The notes beneath the pieces are model-generated. The model searched no databases and had not been told where the DNA came from. It saw only the letters and a program-made list of their open reading frames with translations. Below are positions 41,401-54,342 of a DNA stretch of 64,000 nt, in pieces (position 1 is the stretch's first letter; each line of letters starts with the position of its first letter). The DNA lies in the NCBI RefSeq assembly GCF_033153115.1, contig NW_026889760.1, positions 5,022,001 to 5,086,000 of the forward strand, given 5' to 3'. This DNA is from Saccostrea echinata (Eukaryota). Position numbers and translations under genes: made by a program.

Positions 41401-44400
41401 GGTGGGCAGCACAGATCACCAAGACATGATTATTATTCTCATGAACCTCCAAGAAGTTCTAGAAGTTCAAGGTTTGGGCATAACTTGGATGTAGGTAGAC
41501 AAGAGAGGTCTACCTATCATGGAAGGTCATTTGATCATGCCAGTCCTGACAGAAGTAGAAGGAGTCCAAGATTTGAGTTTTATGGACCAGAGGAAAGACA
41601 CTCTCCTTACAGAAGAGAAAGTAAGTCAAGATCACATTCTCGTTCTCAGGAGAGGAGGCAAGACATGGGTCCCCATGATGACTGGTTTGAGTATCAAGGC
41701 AGAGAAAGGTCTGGCCCACAGAGAAGTGCAAGAGACTATGACAGTGGATTTGAAAGAAATTCTCATGATGAGAGACATTCCAGAGACCATGGCTTCTATG
41801 AGAGTGAATCAGACTATGATGAAGAATATGAGGATTTCAATGTCTCTTCTGATGAGTATGAGAGTCCTCCATATTATGCACAGGAGAGCAGAAGATACAG
41901 AGAACAGCCACATCATCAAAGAGGTGGACCTAGAGGTCTTCCACCAAGACACAAAAGACGTTTGGCAAGTTATGAGAAAGAGGATGTAAGAAGTCACAGG
42001 AAAAGAAGCCCAGACCATAAACAGAAGCAGAAAATAAAAGCAAGAGGTTTTGACACAGACTTTGGAATTTATGGTGGACCAGGATCTAAGCCCCCACCAT
42101 TAACTCTAAAGGAGTACAATGAGTCACAACGGAAGTCCAAGAGAAAGAAGAGGAAGAGACCAAAGAGACATTCAGCCCTGTATAACATGTTGGACCAGGA
42201 TGTAGAGTATCCCTCAGAGCTCCCTCCAGCTCTCAAAACCCTGGCCACTTACGGGAAGATGTTTCATGGACAGCTGCTCCAGGATGCCATTCAGATGGAC
42301 CATGAAGGTAGAGGAAGATATCTGCATGGATGACAAATTCACTGATGAGAATGAATCACTGTAGTGCAGAATGAGGCACTCCTCTTGCAGAGAGATAACT
42401 GCATGACCACTGACATTGTTACATGAACACTTTAAATGGAATGGATCACTTCATTGATTTTTTTTATGATTTCTGAATGTTTTAGTACCAAATTTTCTTT
42501 TTGTTTGGAATGATTATTTGATATTTATAGAAAGATTTCTTTTGATATTGCTTCTTTGACAGCTTGATTTGATGTAAGATGCTTGTGTACATTTATTTTT
42601 AAGTTTTAATCCAGGTTTATATTGTGTATAGCATCTAATGCTAGCTGAATTTACTGTATTCATTTTCTGTAAATTCTGACAATTCCAGATAGATTTACAT
42701 ATGAAGATTTCTTTAAATCAGCATTATTTATATCGTTCATACAGTCATTCAATGCCATCTGACAAAATGTTTACAGATTTTGAATTTGATTTCAGAATCC
42801 TCTGATGGTAAGTTAGGGAACCAGTTTCAGATGTGACTGTCACAGAACCAGTTTACTAACATTTTTACCTTTTCTAGTGTCAGATTTCATGTTCAACTTG
42901 GTGTTTTATTCATTGTGTAAAGACATTTAAAGATTACATCATTTTGCTAAAACATTTACTTCAAAAGGACATTGGCTTAAGGTCTTCATCTCCAAACTAA
43001 AATGTCACATCTTGTGCCAGGACAGTGAGTTTTAATTGGGCTTGATTGAAATATATTTGAACTTCTTTACATTAACCAGGGGCTTTATTTGAAAACTTAA
43101 CTTTGACAAGAGTACAAAGCATTCATTGATGCTTCAAATACTTCTTTGATTTTTGTACCTATCCCAATGAGTTTGCCAAATGTACCCAACTGAATAACTG
43201 ATGGTACATTTTTATATAAATACTATACATTCCTATCGTATACATTTAGATATTATCTAATATAAGCCAAAGGTACATTGATTTTTGTTTATTATACATA
43301 TTCCTGCTTTGTTTTCCTTCATTAATTTTCCCTCCATACTATAGATAAACCTTCCCTATTTAACTCACTTGTCACACCCTCTAAATGTTCTTGATGCTTA
43401 TTGTATTTAAAGGAACACTTGTACAAGTTTTGCATTTTGTCTTCACAATTTGATTTTGCATAAAACTTTGTTTTTTACATGTTTTTCAATTCCGTAATAG
43501 TCTTAAGAAATATTGACTTCATGAGGTCTTAAGAAGTCTTGAATTAATGGGGGTTTTTTTGTTTTTTTTAAATCCTTGTTATGTCTACATAAAAAGTTGT
43601 TCTTTCTTCAGTAAAATATATATGTTTTGAATTCTTTTGCAGATCAGAGTATGATGACAGATGACAACTATGAGAAGGGAACACAAACACCAAGGGGCAA
43701 ATCTCGAGTGAAAAATCTCAGAGATAGCTATGGCTCAGGTGACTTCTCAGAGGAGCGAGCTCAATCTCGGCGAGCACAAATTTCTGACTCGGAGAGTGAG
43801 ACTGAGTCTGAGACTGGCTCATCAGAAAGTGAAACTGAAAGTGAGACTGCCTCAGAAGGAACTAGATTATCTAACGAAGGAAGTGTTATGGTGGTCAGCA
43901 TGAAGGATGCAAAGTATGCTCCAAAGGTCATGAGAGAGGTCAAGCAACAGAGCAGACCCAGGAGCAGTTACATTGCTAGAGATGACAAAACTGACACTGG
44001 GACACAGTCGGACATCACTCCGAGACCCCCTTCTGCTAGGCGGTATCGAGATACTCATAGTGCTTGCTCAGACATAAGTCCTCCTCGGTTAGCTCGAAGG
44101 GCACTCATTGAAGTAGAGGAGACAGCCTCAATTGATTTGAATGAAGACCACATGATGAAGAGTGTTGTTGTGTCCAAGGAAAGAGGAAGTAGACGCCGCC
44201 AAGTAGAGGAAGGGGAGGTAAATGAGGAAAATTTAAGATTTCATTGATTAAAGTATTTTTCAATAAAATTATGCTAATTTTAGCTACAAAATATTGTTAT
44301 TTACAATTGGTGTGTAATGTTTAAATTTTTACACACATTTTCTTATTTTCAGCCTGTATATAACCCTGCCAATGACGCACAAGTGGGTGTGCCTGCTCCA

Positions 44401-47400
44401 ACTATCAAAGTATCCAGTATGGGTAAATCAGGGTTGATTGTGGAGTGGTACATTGACAATCGTATTGACTCAGAGTATGAAGTCCAGCAGTATATCGTCA
44501 ACATTGTGGGCCGAGACTTCAGTGTCAAGGATGTCAACAGTCATATCAGGTACTGAACACACTAACACTAAATTTCAGGTAGAACTGTGAATTTTTAAAA
44601 AATTATATACATGTATATAAGGATTTTAAGTATATGTGATATTTTCATTTTTAGTTTTGAATGTAACCTTGTGGATAACAAAGGTCACAGTGTTAGAGGT
44701 ACCCAGCATTGCTGGACTCTGGATGGAAACAAACGTAAAATCAACATCAGGGGTCTGTACCCTGACAACACGTACAGGTGGGTGCTAAAGATTGGGCTAT
44801 ATATATACAGTACATATGTTACCTCAAGACAACTATCTACATGTATGTTATCTGCAGTTTTATTTTTAAATACATATATTTTTCAGTATTGAAACATGAA
44901 AGACGTATATATTGACATATTTATTCAGGGTGTTTGTGGTGGCAAATTATGGTTTCCGTGACGATGAGGAGGAACAAAAGCCTATAGAGGTCCAGGCTAC
45001 ATCTCCTGTGATTTACTACACCACAATAGGACCCCCTCTCCCTCCATTTGTCAGGGTTCTCAATGTTGGATTATATCAGGTACAGGTTACACTCAGTGAT
45101 TTTATAGATATTTAGTCATAAAATGTGTTCTTTGTATATCTTGTGTGAGAAAATCATGTGAAGATGTGTATATTAAAATAAAATATTTTTTTATTTATCC
45201 ATCATGCAGAATTAAATTCATATAATGATACAGTATGTTTTCTTTATTATGAGAAAAAACTCAATTAGAATTCATGGAGAGTTTATCATTGTGCAGGAAT
45301 AAGAAATCAAGAAAATCAAATGATGCTATAAATTTGGCAATAACTACTGGGTTATTATAAAGTGAAACTTTTTTTCTGTATAGACCACAGTTCAATGGGA
45401 TCCTCCAAGACTACAGAGTGGGCTGGAGTTATTGGGTTATAAAATCTATGTAGATAACAAGGTTCTACAAGGTCTTCAGAGAAAAGACACACGACAATTG
45501 GTGATTAATGACCTGGTGCCAGGTAAGAGTTATCTCCCTTAAAAAGCAATCTTGTATATTACCTCTGGTTAAAACTGTCATTTTGATCTGGTTTTTGAAG
45601 TATCTATCCTAGTTTTTCTTTTCAAGTACTTGTAGCATATTTCATGCTTTTTTTCCAGGAGTCTATTATTTTCTAAGCAAATTGAATATTTATTAATTTG
45701 AGTAATTAAGTCCAATAAAATTTTCACTTAACAGTAGGTATCTGTATAAAGAGTCTTCTATTCCCTTTTCAACCAAGTGTTTACTACATAGTTTACCTTT
45801 GACAAATTTCATACAAAAACTGTATATTGTGCTTTCAATTTCTCATTTCCTCATGTAGGAAAAACAATCGGTGTATCGGTGGTAGCAGTCCTGAGACAAA
45901 GTGGTATAGAGAGTGAACCCTCCCGACAGATACACATCACCTGTCCTAAGAGGCCTCCTCCCCCTCATATCAGCCAGCAGCCCCTCCACAAACACGGCAG
46001 TGTATTAGTGGCCTGGGACAAGCCAGGAGGGGTCAGGAGAGCCGTGGCTCAGGAGGGAATCACCAGCTACAGGTACCCCAAACTTTCCTTGCGTATACCA
46101 GACCTGTTTACTCATTTCGCGGTATTTTGCACGGATTTTAAGTCCAAATTATAATTCACATTTTGCTCTAATTATGAAAATATGGAAATCAGAAATCCAT
46201 TCATTTGGTTTTTAGCAGTTAGATTTCGTTATGATCTGTCTCAGTTTGACGCTTTTTAATCGCTTAAAAAAGAGGTAGATTTCAAACACTTAAATGATGT
46301 CAGGTTGCCAAAACGCGGTGGTTTAAAAAATGACAGAAACCCCTCAAAAGAAAGGAAGGTATGATGTTTTTCTTAAACTATGTTTTGGTAATCAGAAATG
46401 TAGTTGTTCTCTAGTAATATATGTCAAATCGATGGAAAGTAAAATATTATGGAAAAATGCCAAATCTCACTGACAAATCTAATAAAAAATACTGAGAGAC
46501 AACAGTATAGGTAAACAGGTCTGGTATGCTTGTTTGTTTCTCATCTTCAATCTAAATGTATTTCATTTCAGTGCAGACATGGAATTTGTTAAAACATTAA
46601 ATTTTTTTTACAGATATTATTTGTATCCTGTGTTAACTCATTAACTAAGATTTTATACCAGTAGTTACACTTGCATATGGTAGGTTTGCATGTTATGATA
46701 TGAGATATCATAAGAAGATTCATAGAAGAGGAACAGAGTTTGGAAAGTTAGCTATTCAGTTGTGGAGTTTTAAGTATCTGTTTTTATTTTGTAGGATATA
46801 TGTCAATGATAAATACTTTGGGAAGATAGATGCCTCCCCCAAAATGGATCGCCAAGGTTACCAGTATGTGATCACTGGCCTTAACCCTGAGGAAAGCTAT
46901 GATGTCAAGGTCAAGGTATGGTGTATACTAGTTGTGTTGTCAAATTATGATTTTGAGTCCTTAAATTTTTTGTATGTGATTCTGTGTAAATTGTACAAAA
47001 TAACCCTTTTAAGAGCAATTGTTGACATTATGCTAGGGAATCGTTATATAAGTGTTTACAAAAGAATTACTTCAGAAATGAAACAGAATATTTCCTTGGT
47101 AACAAGGATTAAAAGCTGGGCGAAATGTATGGACAATTTGAAAATAAGATTTTAGTGGCCTTACAAGTTTTTAGAGAAAATTATTCAGGGATAAGGCTGT
47201 TGAGCACCTATGCACATAAGAACTTTTTTTTTCTCAATTCTTATTTCTACTTTTCACAGAGTATGGCTGGTCAGAAACATGTCGATCCCGACCAGAACCA
47301 CATTTTCTGTATCAGTGAGAGTGCTTTCTCTAACACTATCCCTGTCCAAGCTCCAGCGGCTCCTAAATCTCCAGAGCTCAGGCTAGAGAGCATGACCCCC

Positions 47401-50400
47401 CAGGGAATCAGGGTCACATGGCTAGCACCTCAGCAGTACGGGGAGGCAGAAATTTCTGTGAGTTGCATAAGAAAAAAATTTCTTTGAAGAAAAAGTGTCT
47501 CTTAAATGTCTACATTTAATAACTTAAAATTTTTTCTCTTTATTTTATTAGAAACAAATACTGTATGAATATCACAATTATAGCTATATACTTTGTGAGT
47601 TACTTCCCTTTAATTACTAAATATTATTAGTTCTGTTTATCTTTAATTAAAACATGAATGGTTTGGGAGAAAAAAGTAGAATGTCAAATTAATGGTATTG
47701 TCAGAAGAAGATAGTGAATAAGACAATCTCATAAAAGAATTTGAAATATACTTTCATGGAGACTTATTTATTTCCATAAAATCACAGGGTTACCGTCTGC
47801 TGAAGAATGGTAAACTGTATGGACACGTCATGGGACCTGACGTTAACGCTGTAGATATTACTGGGATCTCCCTCGGTGACAAGGTTGTCCTTCAGCTGGT
47901 GGCCTTGACAAATCATCCAGTAGGGAAACTTGAGCGAGCTCTTATGGAGCTCGAGAGAGATGAATCATCACCACAACAACAAGGTAGATAAGTTTGTAAC
48001 TCATTTCTTCTTCAATTTTTCATTTCAAAATTAAACGTTTGAAAGTATGTGGACAATAGCTCTCTTTGTTGCAGTAATTTTTTTTTGTGGATTGCTTTAG
48101 AATGGTTTGAACAATTATTTGCACAACTCATGACATTGATTGTGTTTCAATTAATCTTCACTCACTTTGAAAGTAACAGGAAGGCATAACAGATGACAAG
48201 TCCATTTGATCTAATGTTGGTGAATTTGTAAATTTTCAGTTTTCAGAAGTGCACAAAAAATACTGTTGTACTCTTCAATTTGGCTTTCTTTCTTACTTTG
48301 GCTAAATGTCTGTACATGAAGTATTGTTATGGAAGGGATGTTGTGATCATCTCAACAGCAGTGTGTGTACTATTATGCCTTCAGTAAAGTTACACATCTT
48401 ACACCATTAGTTTTTGATGTTGATTTTGCACTAGCACAACTCACTGGTAGTGATCAGAAAGTGTTCACTCTGACAGAGGGAGTGAAAACCAAGGGCTGGA
48501 CTAAAACCGAGTCTACTAACAAACTGGAGGGTAACTAACTAGATCCTAACTAACTATAAACTCATTGTATGCTTAAAGTGAAGCTAGAGGGTAACTAACT
48601 AGATCCTTACTAACTCTTAATTCCTTGTATTCTTAAAGCTACATAGCAGAATAAAGCTAGAGGGTAACTAACTAGATTCTAACTAACTCCTAACTCATTG
48701 TATTATGCTTAAAGCTATATAAAGTAGTAGATTGAAGCTAGCAACAAAGTAGACCTTAACTTTGTATGCTTAAAGCTCATTTTGTGCTTAAAGCTACATA
48801 GTAGATTGAAGCTAGAAGGTAATTAACTAGATTCTAACTAATGCTTAACTCATATATCCTAACTAATGCTTAACTCATTGTAAGCTTAGAGCTACATGTA
48901 CATAACAGATTGAGCTTGAGGGTAACTAACCAGATTGAAGCTAGGAATGACATTCTTATGTTTGAACTGTAATCTATGCCAGAGCATCTGTCTGCATTTC
49001 TATTCCAAGTAACTGCTGCCTAATTAGATGCTGTTTTTAACTCATCTTGGTGCTGATTTGCTAGATTTTCATGGACTTAGCAAATAGCTTTAGCTTATGG
49101 CTGGCATATGTATGTATAAAGGAAATGCATGTTTAAAAAAACTTCAATCATGGATATATTGTAGCACCACAGGAATTGAATTAAATGAACATTTTCTGCC
49201 CAAGAAAGAAAATTGATTAAACAGTTACCGTTATGATTGTAGAAAAACCTTGTAAATTTTGAATCTTTTAAAGCATGTTCAGTGCTTAAAGTGTTGGCGC
49301 TTAAATATTTGTATACTATATCAAGCTTTATAGTTTGAAGAATTATTTTTGAAAGAAAAAAAAGTTGTTTTTTGATTAACACTATCATAGATAAAGATCA
49401 GTTATGTGCATTGTTTGTTTTATTTACGTCAATGTTTGTTTCACTGATTGACACTGTATACTTCACACATAGACATACAGGCTACATAGTGCTTTGTCAC
49501 CGATTTAAAACAATGTGCAGTTTTTACACATCACTGAACTCCAAATGTATTGTTCATTATTTACAGACAAAAATAAATCCAATTTTATTTATAGAGGCAT
49601 TTTATCACTGTGTACCATTAAGATTTTCAATATGTGATCCAAGCATATTTGTATTAAGGTGATCTTTACAATCATGCACATGCTTCATTCAACCCTCAAC
49701 CTTACAAAGCCTCTCCATATGATTTTCTCTGAAATTTTGCTTGTATAATACTGTGCTTACTACTGATTTTTCAAATAGTTCATTTATAATGAAATATCCC
49801 CCACTATTTTTAATCGGCATTTTTATTCATTAAATTTATTTCACTGCATTTTTAGGGGATTTTTTTTTTAAAAAATACTCATTTTTTACAAGAACTTTCA
49901 TAAAATCTCACTTTCTCTTGTCATTACTTACAGATATGTTGCTTGGAGAGAAATATGCAGGTTGTCGTCCAGGCCCCAAACTGACCGTTCACTACACAGG
50001 CCTCGTCAGGGGTCCGGACGATGTGTGGCTAGAGCAGGTGACTGGACACTCAGCACTTGTGGTCTGGAAAAAAGGTAGGTGTAACTAGTACACCTGTACT
50101 ATTGACCTGATTGCAAATTTTGAAATACAAGAACTTACAGTGCAAGTTTAAAATCATTCATTTAGATTGTATTTACACATACAATGTTTTAATCGACTTC
50201 CAATTTGGGAAAGTATGGAAATGTACTATAATAAGTGTTTCAACACATTGCTCCAAAATCTGTTTTAAACTTGGAGGTTTGATTTTCTTAATAAACAAAT
50301 AGCTAAAAAAAAAAAAAAAAAGAATTCATCATTCCTGATGAACAGGTATAGGTTTCAGACTGTATTAGGCTGGATATTTGATAAAGAATATTTTGGGTGT

Positions 50401-53400
50401 TAATGGAGGTCATAGTAGTGTTACAAGAAGCTGATTGAAATGTTAAAAATGAGGAAACCTAACTTAAATTGGTTCTTAACGAAGAATCTGTCTTTAATGA
50501 TACATGTATTTACATCACAACTAGGTCTTATTCTAAACTGAAATTTATTCAAGCTTGTTTTGTAATTGTCAATAGATCATAAATCATCTTTAAATGACAC
50601 AAATATTGAAATTATTTGAAATCTACACAGTCCATAGAATGAAGAGATAATACATTTTAAAAGCCTGTTTATTGATTTGACATAACTGAAAACAGCTTCA
50701 AAACTGTTTGAAGCAAAAGTTGCATAATGTCTGGTTAAAGGATGATTTTAAATGTGATAAAGTATGGGCCATTTTTCCATCAGTCCATCCCATATATCAA
50801 TAAGAAAAGAGACATTTATGCACGCTTAAGCCTAGCAGCTCATAATTATATTCACATATTGAAGGCTATTAGGACAAGAATTTTATTTGGAATTTTAAAA
50901 TAGCTCTGCGGCCTTGCGGGTATACAAGATTTAGGTATGATGACATCAAAATTGTTGCAGTTTATTCCAATATTCCTAAAAGCTACATATTGAAAGGGTT
51001 GGTTTAACGGAGCCACTAGGGTCAGATAAAAATTAGAAGATCATAATGTCCCATACAATCGGTAATTTAACCATGGTTTAGGATCTGATAGAAGATGTGT
51101 ACCCAAGTTAAGAACAATGGCTAGCACGAGGGTCCTCTCATCGCAGTGCGAAAGATATGCCCTTTAAAAATCATGGTCTGCTAGACTCTTGAGTAAATGG
51201 TAGATCATCAAGAGATTCAAGTTGACTATAAAATGCTTATGCAGTTTATCAGATCATCAATCTTATCTTGTACATCAGGAGGCTTTTTGTATGGTCGTCC
51301 GTCATTTGTAAAAATTATTGGAGATGCATGCTTAGTAATACGCTATATCCCTACTGTTTGTATTTAAATATTGAGTACGTAACATTTAGAACTATAGAAC
51401 ACTAATTAAAAGAGATTGTATTGAAGAAGTTAAACCATGGCAAGATAAGATAGAGTTTTTTCAGACCATGTAGAAAAGTGTTTCAAAATTATAAAGTCAA
51501 ATGGAACTTGAATAATATTGGTGCACTTTTAATTAATATGTTATTAAATCAAGAGACACTTTTCTTCAAAGTTTGCTTGTTTGTTTTTGTTTGTTTTTGT
51601 TTATTTGTGTCTCTTATATATTATTGTTTATGCCCATCTCATAATATTTTCCAACCTTTTTATTTATTTATTTTTTGTAACTAAATATGTTTTATTAAAT
51701 TTTAAATGTTTGACATTTCCACCATAAATAAACATTTATACAAAATCAATGAAATTCCATTGTATCCCGTGGTTGCTATATCATCATGAGTCTTGGACAA
51801 GCATTCTCAGATCAATTAATTCTTTACATGCGGCACCAAAACTTATTCATTCCACATTATTATGGTCAATAATTTTAAACTACACATATTTTCGTCCGTT
51901 TTAAACATCCAAGATACCCATAAAAGCTTTTTTCAGTGGAGTTTTGTTGCCTTTGTTTTAAATTAAAGGGTGTGAGCTATACATGATCCCCTGTACTCTT
52001 TGTATATCTCTGTGTTTAGTAGTGGGAGTTAAGAAGGAATTACAAAGTTTGTTGTTGCTTCTCTTTACGAGCCTTTTTCCGTATCGTTACTATGAGAAGA
52101 GGAAGATCAATGGGATATAAGTGTACTTCTAACCAATTGATCGGAATAATTGAACATTGATTTTTTTTTCCCTTTTTTTATTTTATTCATTGGATAAGAA
52201 AGTCCTATGTGTGATCAGTATTGCAGAATGACATTTAAATGGTGCATGTTTACACGTCTTTTAAAATGACTTAAATATTCATTGGCTCTCAAAGTGTGAG
52301 AATCTTTCATTCTGTGTTGAGGAATATTTCTTTTATCTTTTAACAGTAAGTTTACTTTGTCTTTTCTATTAAAGTTCAAGTGTTTATAATGTTATCATTT
52401 TGAAGAATGTATCTCATTTCTTTTTAAAAATTAATTAAATGATATTCTGTTTTTGATTTAAATTCCTTTTGTCTATTTAAGGAAATAAAAAACACTGCTT
52501 TGCCTCTGTCAACAATGGTTTTTGTAGGATAACAATTTCACATTGTACCCTAAAAAATGTCATATTTTTATATAAATGTTGTAAAAAAGTATTTTTGATT
52601 ATATCTAAAAGGAGTTTACATTCACTAATTGTTGTCCAAAAACAAAAAGATACAATTGAAGCCAAAAAGCTCTTAGGTACATTTTTTATGAATTTTAAAA
52701 TATTTGTCTCCATGCAAATTTTGAATGACATATGTTTAATTCAATCTGCAAAAGGGATATTCTTCAAGTTTTTTAGGCACCAATGTAAATGAAATTATAA
52801 TCAATATGTTAAAAAAAAAACTTTATTTCACTTATACATCCCTACTTGTATACACAGCACTTTAAAAATTGTTTGAATAAATATTTTTTATGTAAATTCC
52901 ATAAAAGCACTGAAGAGCTGGGCCCGGGTTATCATTGCCACCATGATCTGAATTAGGAATCTAATATCCTTTCCAAACATGGAAAGTGTCAGATTTGTGA
53001 AATCAAACATTTACACCCGGCCCATACAAAAAAAAGGTACATATAGGCATGCCTTTTTTGTGCTTATTCAGTACCTAAAGTGTGCCTACTAATATAGGTA
53101 CAGAAAAGGCATACCTATTCTGTGCCAATAATGAACTTAATTTTTTTCCAATGTACCTAAAATGTACCTACTTTGGACTTTGTCATTTTTCAGTGTGCCT
53201 GAAATGTACCTACATTGAACTTTGTCATTTTTCAGTGTGCCTGAAATGTACCTATATTGGACTTAAATATTTTCCACTGTACCTAAAATATACCTACATT
53301 GGACTTAGTCATTTTCTAGTGTGCCTGAAATGTACCTACATTGGACTTTGTCATTTTTCAATGTGCCTGATTAGTACCTATAAAAGACTTAGTCATTTCA

Positions 53401-53798
53401 CAGTATTTTCGTCTACTTACCCATACCAAAAATATTAACATTTCCATATATCTTTTCTTTAAATTTTGTACCTTGAGGATGAGTAAACTTTTAGAATATA
53501 CAACTTTTTGTACCTAAAATTGACAGTCATGTTTGAATTTAACTAAAACTTAATTCAAGACTTTGTCATTTTTCAATGTTACTTCTAAACTAAATTGGAC
53601 TGTCACATTTATTGCTTCTTTGTAACTTAAAACTGATTTTTTCAACATGGGCACCTATTTGTGATAATATTTAAATAGAATCATGTTTTTCAATCAGAGA
53701 AAAATGAAAACTCAAACAAGTTCAATAATTAATAACAATTGAAATTATAGTTTTATAGTAATACAATTATATCATGACATTTAGGATGTGTGATTTGT

Positions 53799-53829
<31 letters not shown>

Positions 53830-54296
53830 GGAGTAATAAAAGCCACTTTTTATCCACCATTTCTTTTTCTTTTTTTTTATAATTATTATTCAACTATTTT
53901 TGTTCATTTGATTATTAATTATATTATACTTAAGATTTCAGTTCATTAATGCAAGCATAATGTCTACTGTGTTGGGGGAAGAAAAAAAAGGGGGGGGGGG
54001 GTATCTTGTTAATCAAATGCCAAAAATATATATATAATTATCAATTCAATTCAATTAAATTTTTTATGGCAAATAAAAGATCCATTTTTGATCTTTAAAA
54101 CCCCCCTCTACCCTACAGGGTTCTTAGTAATTTTGTTTTACAGGTTATGAGACAAAGGAGGGTGGGTGTCTTATAAACACAGTATAATTATAAATACCAA
54201 TATTTTGACCATCTGAATTGCCCAGTTTAACAGAAAAAAGTGTATTAAAATCATTAATACCTTGTGTTACAGTCTATTAAATGATATCCAAATTAG

Positions 54297-54342
<46 letters not shown>

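Noticed and set aside
50340-52200. Compositionally distinct intronic stretch, considered as a mitochondrial insertion or viral fragment
   Set aside because: I could not recover a recognisable reading frame or RNA motif by eye; needs BLAST.
52300-52850. Possible decayed LINE C-terminal fragment on the minus strand
   Set aside because: Resemblance too weak; no diagnostic RT or zinc-knuckle motif.
53082-53438. 118-aa Cys-periodic ORF (CTYIGLCHFSVCLK)n resembling a zinc-finger or metallothionein
   Set aside because: By-product of the 42-bp subterminal repeat of the foldback element; no splice or domain support.
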